Source: a virus (taxonomy: Duplodnaviria; Caudoviricetes). Taken from it: a DNA stretch of 62,160 bases. The position numbers and the translations under genes were made by a program. A model generated the notes under the pieces. It worked only from the letters and a program-made list of their open reading frames with translations, did not search any database and had not been told where the DNA came from. The stretch is from positions 1-62,160 of the IMG/VR virus record IMGVR_UViG_3300020129_000334; one strand, given 5' to 3'. Of the stretch, positions 54,540 to 62,160 are shown in pieces (the stretch's first letter is position 1; each line of letters starts with the position of its first letter).

Positions 54540-54810
54540 GACCGCGGACATTGCTCGCTGGGCGCTTCGGGGGATGATCGCCGAGGCCATTCGCCAGACG
54601 CGCGCCTCCATCCTGAAGTCCAAGGCGGGGATCGAGAAGGTGCCGCCGGAAATCTGGCCGCTCTTGCTTGAGGACTTCGTGGTCACCCTGGACGAGGAGC
54701 TGCGGAAGGGGCTCTCGCCGATGGAGCTGACGGCGACGTCCAAGGTGGTGATGCAGCTCGCCCTCCGTCTCGAGGGGGTCCCGGCGAACGACAACGACAC
54801 CGAGGACTGA
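54481..54810 (+). CDS. Hypothetical protein ending PANDNDTED
   Basis: AAAGGA RBS. Confidence 0.6.
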   Translation: MASKSKSQLHQRTAHWLGDETADIARWALRGMIAEAIRQTRASILKSKAGIEKVPPEIWPLLLEDFVVTLDEELRKGLSPMELTATSKVVMQLALRLEGVPANDNDTED

Positions 54811-55020
54811 GTGATGATGAGTGTCCGCTTCAAGGCGCCGAAAGCCGAACGATGCACGCAAGTCGGCTGCAACAATCGGCGTGCTCCAGGGCGGAAATCG
54901 TGCGTGAAATGCCTCGAGCTGGGGCGCTGGCACTACCAGAGGAAGAAGCGAGAGAAGACCGCCGGGCTCGCTCCGTTCCTCCGAGACCCGCAACTGCTTC
55001 CGAAGGCGCCGCCGAAGTAG
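54811..55020 (+). CDS. Small basic Zn-finger protein
   Basis: CTQVGC...SCVKC. Confidence 0.6.
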   Translation: MMMSVRFKAPKAERCTQVGCNNRRAPGRKSCVKCLELGRWHYQRKKREKTAGLAPFLRDPQLLPKAPPK

Positions 55021-55104
55021 CGGGGATGGCAGGGGCTTGCAAGCTGAGGAGAAGCCGCTAGCAAGCTCTTGCCAACTGCGCAAGGTTGACGGTAGATCGG
55101 GCCC

Positions 55105-55779
55105 ATGAACGAGCCCACCTCACCCCTGTTTTCGTCCTTCGGCCGCGAGCTGGAGAACCGCATCAATGACATGGTCAAGCAGGCGATCCGCGAGCTTTTC
55201 GCGCCGCTCGTCGAGATGGCCGCCACGCAAGTCGGTCTTGGCCGTCCCCGCCACGGTGGCCTCCCCGCCAGCTCCGAAGATCCGAAGGCGAAGGACGAAG
55301 AAGCTCGGCTCGAGAAGGAACGGGAACGGAAGCGCGCCTCGCGGAAGCGGGGGAAGGCCGGCAAGGCGGAGCAGCTCGCGCTCACCACCACCGAGCGGCC
55401 GAAGTGGCGAGACAACGAGAAGAAGAAGCGGAACGAGATCCCGGAGCCCGAAACAGAGCTGGCCAAGCGTGGCATCGAACTTATGGCTATGGCGAAAGGG
55501 CCGGCCAGGAAGATGCTGTCCATGGAGCACGTCATCAAGGTATTGCGGGAGCACCCGGACGGGCTGAATTGCATGGAGGCGACGAAGGTGACGGGACTCG
55601 CCCGCGGCTACTTCCAGAACGTGCAAGCCCAATTGCGGCAGGCCGGCCTTACTCGCGTGACGGGCGCGAAGATGCATACGACCTACTTCCTGAACAAGCA
55701 GAAGGCCGACAAGTGGGAGAAGGACAACGTCTACGAGGGAATGCGCGGCGGTGACGTCGTATCCGTCGAAGTGGATTGA
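55105..55779 (+). CDS. Basic protein with C-terminal winged-helix-like region
   Basis: VIKVLREHPDGLNCMEATKVTGL...LRQAGLTRVTG; promoter-like sequence directly upstream. Confidence 0.7.
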   Translation: MNEPTSPLFSSFGRELENRINDMVKQAIRELFAPLVEMAATQVGLGRPRHGGLPASSEDPKAKDEEARLEKERERKRASRKRGKAGKAEQLALTTTERPKWRDNEKKKRNEIPEPETELAKRGIELMAMAKGPARKMLSMEHVIKVLREHPDGLNCMEATKVTGLARGYFQNVQAQLRQAGLTRVTGAKMHTTYFLNKQKADKWEKDNVYEGMRGGDVVSVEVD

Positions 55780-55848
55780 TCGGCTTGCAATCGTGGCGGC
55801 TCCCGGCATGCTGAGGCTGTAATCGGCCACACGTGGAAGGAGTCGCCT

Positions 55849-56421
55849 GTGATTACCTACGAAGAGGTCCGTCACTTCCTCGCCGCGGAGACCACGATCT
55901 CAAGCAACCTGGGCATGCTCCTCGACCGCTGCAGGGAGGGCCGCACAACCGGTTCCGGCGACGTTCGGTATGCCCAGGCCAAAGACGAGCGCCAACGTCT
56001 CCGCGAAGCTCGAGTGATCCGCTGCATTGATGGACTCCGCGCCGTGTCCAAGATTCGCTACGGGCGCACCAACTTCCCCATCAAAGATATTCGCCGGCTC
56101 GCCGAGGCTTGTCATTGGCCCGACGGTGAAGCGGTCTTTCGTGTGCTCCGCGCCTATGAGCCGTGGTCCTGTCAATGGCCAGAGAAGGGGCTCGCCGCGG
56201 TCTACATTTACGTGGTCAGTCAGAACAACCAGCTCAAGGCCTTGGCGAAGGTGACCGCGGGGCTGAAGGGGGACGACCTGGCGCAGGCCTTCCGCACCGG
56301 CAAGTGCGCGGGAGCCCGGCAGTACGCTTCCGCCCTCGTTGCCGATGCCCACGTCGTGCTGGGGGAGTGGGTGCGCATCTTCGACAAGCGGGAGCAGGGC
56401 AATGTCCGGCAAGCTTCCTGA
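55849..56421 (+). CDS. Hypothetical protein (possible late regulator by position)
   Basis: AAGGAG RBS; upstream TTGCAA-16-CATGCT. Confidence 0.65.
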   Translation: MITYEEVRHFLAAETTISSNLGMLLDRCREGRTTGSGDVRYAQAKDERQRLREARVIRCIDGLRAVSKIRYGRTNFPIKDIRRLAEACHWPDGEAVFRVLRAYEPWSCQWPEKGLAAVYIYVVSQNNQLKALAKVTAGLKGDDLAQAFRTGKCAGARQYASALVADAHVVLGEWVRIFDKREQGNVRQAS

Positions 56422-56659
56422 GCTGAAGCGCTACATGCGCCTGGGCGAGGTCCGGAAGCTCCTGGGGGAAGAGCGAGCTTGGGACATCTCGACGCTGGAG
56501 CGCTGGTGCCGTACGGGGCGCTGGCCGGCGAAGCGGGGGAAGGGACGCGGCCGTCCGTGGCTCGTCGACCTGCGCCGGCTGAAGATGGATGCCGTGACGG
56601 ACGGCCGCGATCTCTACGAGGAGATGGTGGAGAACGTCAACACGGCGCTGGACTTCTGA
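56402..56659 (+). CDS. MerR/Xis-like HTH protein
   Basis: YMRLGEVRKLLG...STLERWCRTGRWPA...WLVDL. Confidence 0.7.
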   Translation: MSGKLPELKRYMRLGEVRKLLGEERAWDISTLERWCRTGRWPAKRGKGRGRPWLVDLRRLKMDAVTDGRDLYEEMVENVNTALDF

Positions 56660-56746
56660 GGCTGAGCCCAGTCGTTCCGCATTCGCTTCCCATCGGACCA
56701 TAGCGGCCCAGAATAGGGGAACGAGGGCTCAGCCTCTTTCGTCCGC

Positions 56747-56944
56747 TTACGCCCAGCCAAGCGCGTACTTCGGCGTCGGAGCGATGGGGAGCGTAAAGAG
56801 CAGGGCTTGCTCCGGCTTTCCCTTCGCATTGTCGTCGAAGGCGAGGCCGCACCCCGCGCAAGCGTAAGGCTCGCGGAAGTGGACCAGCTCGTCATGATCT
56901 CGGGTGCGGAGGATTACCCCGCCGTTGCATCGGGGGCAGAACAT
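56747..56944 (-). CDS. Small Zn-ribbon protein, leaderless candidate
   Basis: CPRC and CAGC motifs; TTGCAA-17-CATATT-6-ATG promoter at 56945-56979. Confidence 0.65.
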   Translation of the reverse strand: MFCPRCNGGVILRTRDHDELVHFREPYACAGCGLAFDDNAKGKPEQALLFTLPIAPTPKYALGWA

Positions 56945-56959
56945 GCCCGGAATATGGCC

Positions 56960-57460
56960 TCAGCTTACCCTACTTGCAAGTGCCGCCTTGCAAGCGTCGC
57001 AATTGGCTAAGTCAGGTTCGTCAATTCCGGTCCACCTGTGACCCATCGGCCATTGCCCCGGAACGCGGCTGTCAAAGCGGCAGAGGGCAAAGCCGTGCTC
57101 GAGGATATGCACGCGGACAGCGCTGTAGAAGTAATAGGCCCGTAGTGCGTTCTGCCGCTTCGTGCGGTGCTCCGACTCGTAACAAGCAGGACCGCATTCA
57201 TGGTCTAGGCCCTTGAGTCGTACCGATTGCTGATGCTCGGCTGAGCCTATGATCGACAGGAAATTGCACTCCATATGCAACGGACGGAACGAATCGCCGC
57301 TGTCTGTGACCACCATGAAGGTTCCGCGATGGTGAGCTTCAATCGGCTCGTCGCACCAGAAGCAAAGAAACCCCACTGGCACCGGCACGCGCTCGAGGCC
57401 AGGGAGGTCGTAGCCAAAGGTCTTTATCGCTCCGTAGGTGTCGGATTCGTCTTCGGTCAT
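56960..57460 (-). CDS. Cys/His-rich hypothetical protein
   Basis: CFWCDEPI...HMEC...IIGSAEHQ; ATGA overlap. Confidence 0.7.
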   Translation of the reverse strand: MTEDESDTYGAIKTFGYDLPGLERVPVPVGFLCFWCDEPIEAHHRGTFMVVTDSGDSFRPLHMECNFLSIIGSAEHQQSVRLKGLDHECGPACYESEHRTKRQNALRAYYFYSAVRVHILEHGFALCRFDSRVPGQWPMGHRWTGIDEPDLANCDACKAALASRVS

Positions 57461-57804
57461 CTTTGCCGCGCAAGCTCGCGCTTCCCCTCTTCCGTCAAGG
57501 TCCAATACGTCGGTGCATTCCCGCCACGTCGAGCCCGAATCTCCGGCGTGCTCTTATCGACGATGGACCGCTGGATTAGCCCCTCCGCCTCGAGCCGGTA
57601 GAGCGTTGTCAAGGGACTGAGCCAGATCGGCCAAGCGCGTCCGGTGATCTCGCGGCTCTTCTCGGCGATCTCCAGGCTGTAGAGAGTCTCCCGTTCGAGG
57701 ATGCGCAGGACAGCCATGCGTCGCTCGCGGGAAGGAGGCCACCGCTTCAAGCCCCAATGCATTGCGAGCCAGCCGAATGCGAAGGCGAGGAGAGCCCGGA
57801 TCAT
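57457..57804 (-). CDS. PadR-like winged helix with hydrophobic N-terminus
   Basis: VLRILERETLYSLEI...LYRLEAEGLI...YWTLTEEG. Confidence 0.7.
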   Translation of the reverse strand: MIRALLAFAFGWLAMHWGLKRWPPSRERRMAVLRILERETLYSLEIAEKSREITGRAWPIWLSPLTTLYRLEAEGLIQRSIVDKSTPEIRARRGGNAPTYWTLTEEGKRELARQR

Positions 57805-58160
57805 TCTCGGGGTCCCTGGTAATCGAATGGCTGAACGAATCCGCGGGCCCAAGGGCAATCGTCCTCGTTGGTGCGGCCCCAGTCTCGAGCGTTACCAGTA
57901 AAGCCGAAGTCCCAGGCAATGCATTGGCAGAGAATGAACGGAGGCTCGCTATGGTCGCGCGTGCTGAACGTGAGGATGCGATAGGGCACGCCGTCGATCA
58001 GAGAGATGGAGAACACCGTGGCGAGGTCGGCAATCAACGCGCGATGCTCGGGCCGATAGCCAGCAGGTGGATTGGCAGGAACGGGAAGCCAGTGGTCGCG
58101 CTGCTCGGCCCAGGCACGTATGCGCCCGATCTCCTCCGTGCTGTAGACCATGAGCATCAT
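57801..58160 (-). CDS. Hypothetical protein
   Basis: ATGA overlaps. Confidence 0.65.
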   Translation of the reverse strand: MMLMVYSTEEIGRIRAWAEQRDHWLPVPANPPAGYRPEHRALIADLATVFSISLIDGVPYRILTFSTRDHSEPPFILCQCIAWDFGFTGNARDWGRTNEDDCPWARGFVQPFDYQGPRE

Positions 58161-58543
58161 TGCGGCCTCAGAACCTCGGGGATGGCCAGGCGCGGGATGC
58201 AGCGTTCGCAACACACACGCGGCTTCCTATCCAGCATCCTGTAGCGAGCGTATGCCTCATTCGACAAGGCCACGATGTGCCGGCAGAACGAGCACACGAC
58301 GTCCTTGCGCACCTGCGATTTGTTCGCCTCTAGCTCCCAGAGGACATTGCTCGACGGATCGAAGTCCTCGGCGCGTGTGCAAAGAACGACTGTATCGGGG
58401 CCGATCGCGCCGACTTCAACGCCCAGCTTGGCGATCTCCGCCGCGACGTCACGCCGGAATTGCGGCCGGTCGGCAGCGCTAAACTTTTTCTTTTTCACTT
58501 TGGTAGCTCCAGCGACCAAGCGATCAGCCTGCCGTCGGGCCAT
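58157..58543 (-). CDS. Hypothetical protein with two CxxC motifs
   Basis: CSFC and CERC. Confidence 0.65.
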   Translation of the reverse strand: MARRQADRLVAGATKVKKKKFSAADRPQFRRDVAAEIAKLGVEVGAIGPDTVVLCTRAEDFDPSSNVLWELEANKSQVRKDVVCSFCRHIVALSNEAYARYRMLDRKPRVCCERCIPRLAIPEVLRPQ

Positions 58544-58566
58544 TGCAGCTCATGAACGATGACCAT

Positions 58567-58794
58567 CTAGGGGTCCCTGGTAAGTGGTTCGGCCTGGGAT
58601 TCGCCGGCTCTCCAATAACCGAGCGCTTCACGAAGGCCATCCTTCAGCTCGGGGAAGGACCGGAATTCCTCGATCAGGGCCGCAACATCACCTCCCCGCC
58701 TCTTTGCCTCATCGTCGAGCCGGCGTGCGATCAGGAGGCCCGAATAGTGACGGTTCCAGCTTCGAAACTCGTTCGGGTCGATTCTCCGGCTCAT
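58567..58794 (-). CDS. Hypothetical protein (MSRRIDPNEF...)
   Basis: ATGA overlap with the RHH gene. Confidence 0.6.
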   Translation of the reverse strand: MSRRIDPNEFRSWNRHYSGLLIARRLDDEAKRRGGDVAALIEEFRSFPELKDGLREALGYWRAGESQAEPLTRDP

Positions 58795-58994
58795 TGCTGC
58801 GACAGGCCCGAATAATGGCGGATGCAGTCCACGATCACCTCGCTTCGGTTGGTGGGGCGGCCCCCCTTGGTGCGACGCAGGGCCTCCTCCTCCGCCCACG
58901 TGATCAGCTCCTGGGGCAAATACAGCTCGATGCCCCTGCGATCCCGCTGCGCGCGGCTGGCCCTCGAGCGGCACTCGTATCGCTTTCCCGCCAT
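58791..58994 (-). CDS. Ribbon-helix-helix DNA-binding protein
   Basis: GIELYLPQELITWAEEEA...NRSEVIVDCIRHY; GAAAGG RBS. Confidence 0.7.
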   Translation of the reverse strand: MAGKRYECRSRASRAQRDRRGIELYLPQELITWAEEEALRRTKGGRPTNRSEVIVDCIRHYSGLSQQ

Positions 58995-59023
58995 GTTTGC
59001 CACACCTTTCACTCGTGGTTCTA

Positions 59024-59153
59024 GGGGTCCCTGGTAAGCGGTCGGGACCTAAATCGCCAGACTCCCCCCAAGGGTGCCCGGTCACATGCGCCGTTGCAAG
59101 CGGCCTCGAGCCGGCCGGCCAGGAGTCCCTAGCGGCTTAGGGGTCCCTGGTAA
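59024..59153 (-). promoter_or_regulatory. Two copies of GGGGTCCCTGGTAA upstream of the RHH gene
   Basis: Exact 14-mers at 59024-59037 and 59140-59153. Confidence 0.6.
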
Positions 59154-59353
59154 CTTGCTCCGGCCCGGATTTTCTACGCGCAAAATGGCTGGTCCTGGGC
59201 GATCGCCTGGGGGCAAAAGGCCGCTACCGAACGGTTGTCCCGCGCGGATTACGTAATGATTAGGCCACACTGCGCGGTTACGCTGAACGTGAAGGCTCGT
59301 CCGCACTGCGCGCGTTCACTTGCAAGCGCCCTCTGTCAATGGACGTGCCGTGT

Positions 59354-59602
59354 CTAGTCGTCGCCGTCCCCTTCGCCCCCAGGAAGTGCCGACGCATCGG
59401 ACGACCCTGACCCTGGACTCGGCTCCGCTCGTTCGTTCTGAGGCAACGTCGCGCGATGCTGGCCGGCCCGCTCGTCCGCCTTGCGTTCGGCCTCAGCTCG
59501 CAAGACCGCACCCGCCGCGCAGTAACAAAACGCGAAAGGCCTACCGATGATCCGGTAAGCCCCGCGTCCCCCGCATTGCTTGCACGCCACTAGCGCCGCC
59601 AT
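59354..59602 (-). CDS. Small Zn-finger protein
   Basis: CKQCGGRG...FCYC. Confidence 0.55.
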   Translation of the reverse strand: MAALVACKQCGGRGAYRIIGRPFAFCYCAAGAVLRAEAERKADERAGQHRATLPQNERAEPSPGSGSSDASALPGGEGDGDD

Positions 59603-59814
59603 TCCCAGGCATCGACCGCGGGTGGCGGGCCAATCAGGATCGTTGCGACCGACGGGAACCTACGCGCAACGTCGCGCGCCGCATCCAAGCAACGCGCATC
59701 GATGAGCCAGCCGCGGGCGAGAATGCGTCCATGCAGATCGCATGCGTGGACGTGTACCATGCGTTCCGCACGCGCTTGTGCGTAGACGCGAAGGGGATCA
59801 AGGGGAGTAGCCAT
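59590..59814 (-). CDS. Hypothetical protein (MATPLDP...)
   Basis: TAATG overlap. Confidence 0.55.
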   Translation of the reverse strand: MATPLDPLRVYAQARAERMVHVHACDLHGRILARGWLIDARCLDAARDVARRFPSVATILIGPPPAVDAWEWRR

Positions 59815-60155
59815 TAGCGACACTTCCGGCAGATCGGCCGCTTGTCGCGCGGGCCCGCATCGAAGTGCGAGCCGCATTCGGCGCACTCGTCGCCCCCGTT
59901 GATCTCGCGGCGGAGTCGGAAGGGGCGATCGCTGGCGATGAGATCGGCTTTCGCGAGCGCTGCGTCCACGGCGTCACGCCTGCGTCCATCCCACGGCGCG
60001 CCCTCATTCGGCCCCGCGAACCAATAGCGCCAACCTTCGCCGGGGAGATTCGCGTGCACAAACGTCGCACCATGCTCGCGCGCGATCGCATCGCAGGCCT
60101 CGATCGTCGCTTGGCTCAACTCTCCCCGGCCGACCAGGAAACACGACTCGCTCAT
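59814..60155 (-). CDS. Hypothetical protein with C-terminal Zn ribbon
   Basis: AAAGGAG RBS; WRYWFAGPNEGAPWD; CAEC and CRKC. Confidence 0.75.
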   Translation of the reverse strand: MSESCFLVGRGELSQATIEACDAIAREHGATFVHANLPGEGWRYWFAGPNEGAPWDGRRRDAVDAALAKADLIASDRPFRLRREINGGDECAECGSHFDAGPRDKRPICRKCR

Positions 60156-60233
60156 TGTGACTGGCTCCTTTCACTTGCTCGTCCATGCATGCGCCCCGAG
60201 GAGAGTAACCCGCGAGACGCATGCGACAGAGGA

Positions 60234-60455
60234 TCAAGTTTCGACGGGTAGACCGGTGCTCGCGTGGTAGCGCTCGTTCCCCATGCGGACGATGACTCGC
60301 CCCTGAGCGTGGTACGGATCGACGACGAGCGAGCCATCGGGCAAGACAGCGATCGCCAGCGTGATGCGCGCCCCTGAGGCCTCGACCATGACGATCCGTT
60401 CGTTCGGCGCGCACGCACTTGCACGCAGCAACGTAGCCTGTATGCGCCGGCTCAT
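60234..60455 (-). CDS. Hypothetical protein (MSRRIQAT...)
   Basis: ATGA overlap. Confidence 0.55.
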   Translation of the reverse strand: MSRRIQATLLRASACAPNERIVMVEASGARITLAIAVLPDGSLVVDPYHAQGRVIVRMGNERYHASTGLPVET

Positions 60456-60787
60456 CGGCCGATCTCCGTGTTGATCTGCTCCACCGCACGCATGGCCATG
60501 TAAAACTCGCGCGCCGTCAGGAACGTGTCCGTCACATCCCGTTGCGCCGACCCCTCGAGATACCGGCAGAGACGCCAGCCGTGTTTCCCTTCGCCGTAGA
60601 ACGGGCGCTCGACAACGAAGGCGCATGCGGCCCATGCCGCGCTCGCGTCCACGATCAGTGCCTTGACGATCCCGCGCGAATACCCCGATAGCTCCTTAGC
60701 GAGCTTTTCGCTGACGTGAATCTTGCGACCCATCGCGGCAATGGCGAACACCGCGGCGCACATCGCTTGCTTCTCGCTGACCCTCAT
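60452..60787 (-). CDS. Hypothetical protein (MRVSEKQ...)
   Basis: AAGGGAAAGGG RBS. Confidence 0.65.
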   Translation of the reverse strand: MRVSEKQAMCAAVFAIAAMGRKIHVSEKLAKELSGYSRGIVKALIVDASAAWAACAFVVERPFYGEGKHGWRLCRYLEGSAQRDVTDTFLTAREFYMAMRAVEQINTEIGR

Positions 60788-60861
60788 TGTCGGTCCCTTT
60801 CCCTTGTTTCGTGCGTCTACTGCGCGCCCCTGATGGCAAGAGCGCGGGCGAGAGGCGCGAA

Positions 60862-61530
60862 TCACGCAGCGTCGTCGGCTGCCTTGCTGTAGCGGCGGGA
60901 CTCGGCCAATGCGGCGCGGATGTCCCCTTCCTGCAATCGCTCCATCAGATCGTCGATCGCGAATCCGGATTCTTCCGACCATGCGCGTTCGTTGTGTCGG
61001 TCACTGAGGCGCGACCAAAGGTAGTCAAGCGCCGCGTCGGGGTAGCGCTCGCATTCGGTGCCGAAGTAGTCAGTCAGCGCCTTCCGAAAGTCGCGCCGTC
61101 CCCACTGGTCCCAGTCTCGATCCTCGTCTTCGCACTCGCGGCGGGATAGGTCGCTCTCATCGAGCACGGGATAGCTCGCGATGGCCATCGCACACTCATG
61201 CAGCGCACGAAAGGCCTTCGTAGGTTTCCCCCGGCGAAGGGGACGGATCAGGATGCCATCGACGTGGCCCACGGCCCAATGGCTGGCGCCGTACTCCGAC
61301 CAGTCGCGCTTGTGCGGATCGGCCTTCCGCAATTCGGCGAGGATCGTCGCTTCGTTGCTCTTCTCCACCAGGCCTGAGTCGCGACTGCTGAGGTAGACGA
61401 TCGCGCGCTTGTGAATGTCCGGACGACGCCGCGCTGACCCGAGAGCGAACGAATCGAAGCGGCGCCAATTGCCGCGAAGGGCCTCGGCTGCTTCCTGGAC
61501 ATCGTTGCTCCAATTATTGAAGTCGCTCAT
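60862..61530 (-). CDS. Conserved-looking phage early protein
   Basis: SRDSGLVEKSN...SHWAVGHVD...YPVLDESD motif; GGAG RBS. Confidence 0.75.
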   Translation of the reverse strand: MSDFNNWSNDVQEAAEALRGNWRRFDSFALGSARRRPDIHKRAIVYLSSRDSGLVEKSNEATILAELRKADPHKRDWSEYGASHWAVGHVDGILIRPLRRGKPTKAFRALHECAMAIASYPVLDESDLSRRECEDEDRDWDQWGRRDFRKALTDYFGTECERYPDAALDYLWSRLSDRHNERAWSEESGFAIDDLMERLQEGDIRAALAESRRYSKAADDAA

Positions 61531-61868
61531 TCGTCGCTCCATCGTTGTGAGTCATCGTTCGGCGGCACGTAACCAGAGAAGTGCGGCTCGACGTGCCAGA
61601 TCGAATTGCCAAGGTGCGTGAAGAAGGCGCCCGCTTGCTTCGCATGGTGGCTGCAGATCGCCAGCGGCGCACCGACGTAGCGCTTACCGTCCGGATCGCG
61701 CCGATGGCAGACCGCGACTCCGATCGCATCCTCGTTATCGGGGGTCGGATTCCCCTGACGATCGATCCATTGAATGTCGCACTTCGGGGTCAGGCCGAAC
61801 GCCAGGCGCAACGTGCGACCCCAAGCAACGAGCGCGCGCGCAAGGACCATAGGGTGGACGTCACTCAT
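61527..61868 (-). CDS. Hypothetical Cys/His protein (MSDVHP...)
   Basis: GAGGAG RBS; CDIQWID...AICSHH. Confidence 0.65.
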   Translation of the reverse strand: MSDVHPMVLARALVAWGRTLRLAFGLTPKCDIQWIDRQGNPTPDNEDAIGVAVCHRRDPDGKRYVGAPLAICSHHAKQAGAFFTHLGNSIWHVEPHFSGYVPPNDDSQRWSDE

Positions 61869-62160
61869 CGGTACTCTCCTCGCTCTCATCGTCGCCGTAG
61901 GTGTTGCGGCAGGCGTCGCGCGCTTGCTCTTCCGTCTCGAAGGGGCCGCACCATTCCGTGCAGTCCATGTAACCGGGCGCGGAGTAGCGGGCACACCATC
62001 CGGTCACGCATTCGTACGAACCGCCGTGCTTGACCGCGTTGATCCCCCCCTCGACATAGGGCGCGAACGTTGCTGCGTTGACGGCCCATTCGTCCGCCGG
62101 GATCGCGCCGATGAGATCGAACGGGATCACGGTGGTCCCGCTGGTTGTATCGACGACATA
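61861..62160 (-). CDS. Junction-spanning hypothetical protein (starts at ATG 57-55, 112 aa when circularised)
   Basis: MSFMRLFAEYGRWYVVDTTSGTTVIPFD...GWCARYSAPGYMDCTEW reads in frame once the 18-bp overlap is merged. Confidence 0.8.
   Translation of the reverse strand, partial: YVVDTTSGTTVIPFDLIGAIPADEWAVNAATFAPYVEGGINAVKHGGSYECVTGWCARYSAPGYMDCTEWCGPFETEEQARDACRNTYGDDESEESTDE
62143..62160 (+). repeat. Terminal direct repeat (circular overlap), copy 2
   Basis: Identical to 1-18. Confidence 0.95.

Larger units (their letters stand above)
1..62160. mobile_element. Complete temperate phage genome (podovirus-like), circular assembly
   Basis: Terminase, portal, capsid, tail and lysis genes, integrase/xis and a repressor switch are all present. 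No recognisable host housekeeping genes. 18-bp terminal overlap with an ORF crossing the junction. Confidence 0.93.

Noticed and set aside
58736-58821. 18-bp near-duplicate (16/18) encoding RHYSGL in two adjacent genes
   Set aside because: Only two short copies; could be chance or a small local duplication, and no function can be supported.

Overview
This window looks like a complete, circularly permuted temperate phage genome of about 62.14 kb. Bases 1-18 repeat bases 62143-62160, and a gene reads through the junction. It is GC-rich with podovirus-like architecture. Lipoprotein style suggests a myxobacterial (Polyangiales-like) host, but this is inference only. Layout: (i) a long leftward block of small accessory genes (56.7 kb across the junction to 12.5 kb) with an XRE-XRE-LuxR-LuxR-SLOG regulator, an outer-membrane beta-barrel and three tandem ricin-B lectin lipoproteins; (ii) a rightward virion operon with TerS, TerL, portal, scaffold, capsid, adaptor, nozzle, three ejection proteins, fibres (one with an SGNH domain) and lysis genes; (iii) a leftward recombination operon (Bet, PD-(D/E)XK exonuclease, SSB-tail protein); (iv) a CI/Cro-like switch followed by ParB-like, Xis, tyrosine integrase, DNA methyltransferase, replication initiator and RusA-like genes. 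The most striking unannotated signal is a roughly 0.7 kb minus-strand ncRNA array at 42422-43132. It holds three Y-RNA-like RNAs sharing a GAAUGC...UUGUC terminal stem, one being a circularly permuted tRNA mimic with a Thr(UGU)-like anticodon loop, plus a further tRNA-like RNA and a small Cys-rich ORF. I could not recognise a Ro60 gene in the genome. Other signals are a PANDN peptide recurring in unrelated proteins, two families of dispersed DNA motifs, a probable attP inside the integrase gene, and an ejection protein with three S74-type cleavage motifs. All family assignments are by-eye motif recognition; no database search was run.
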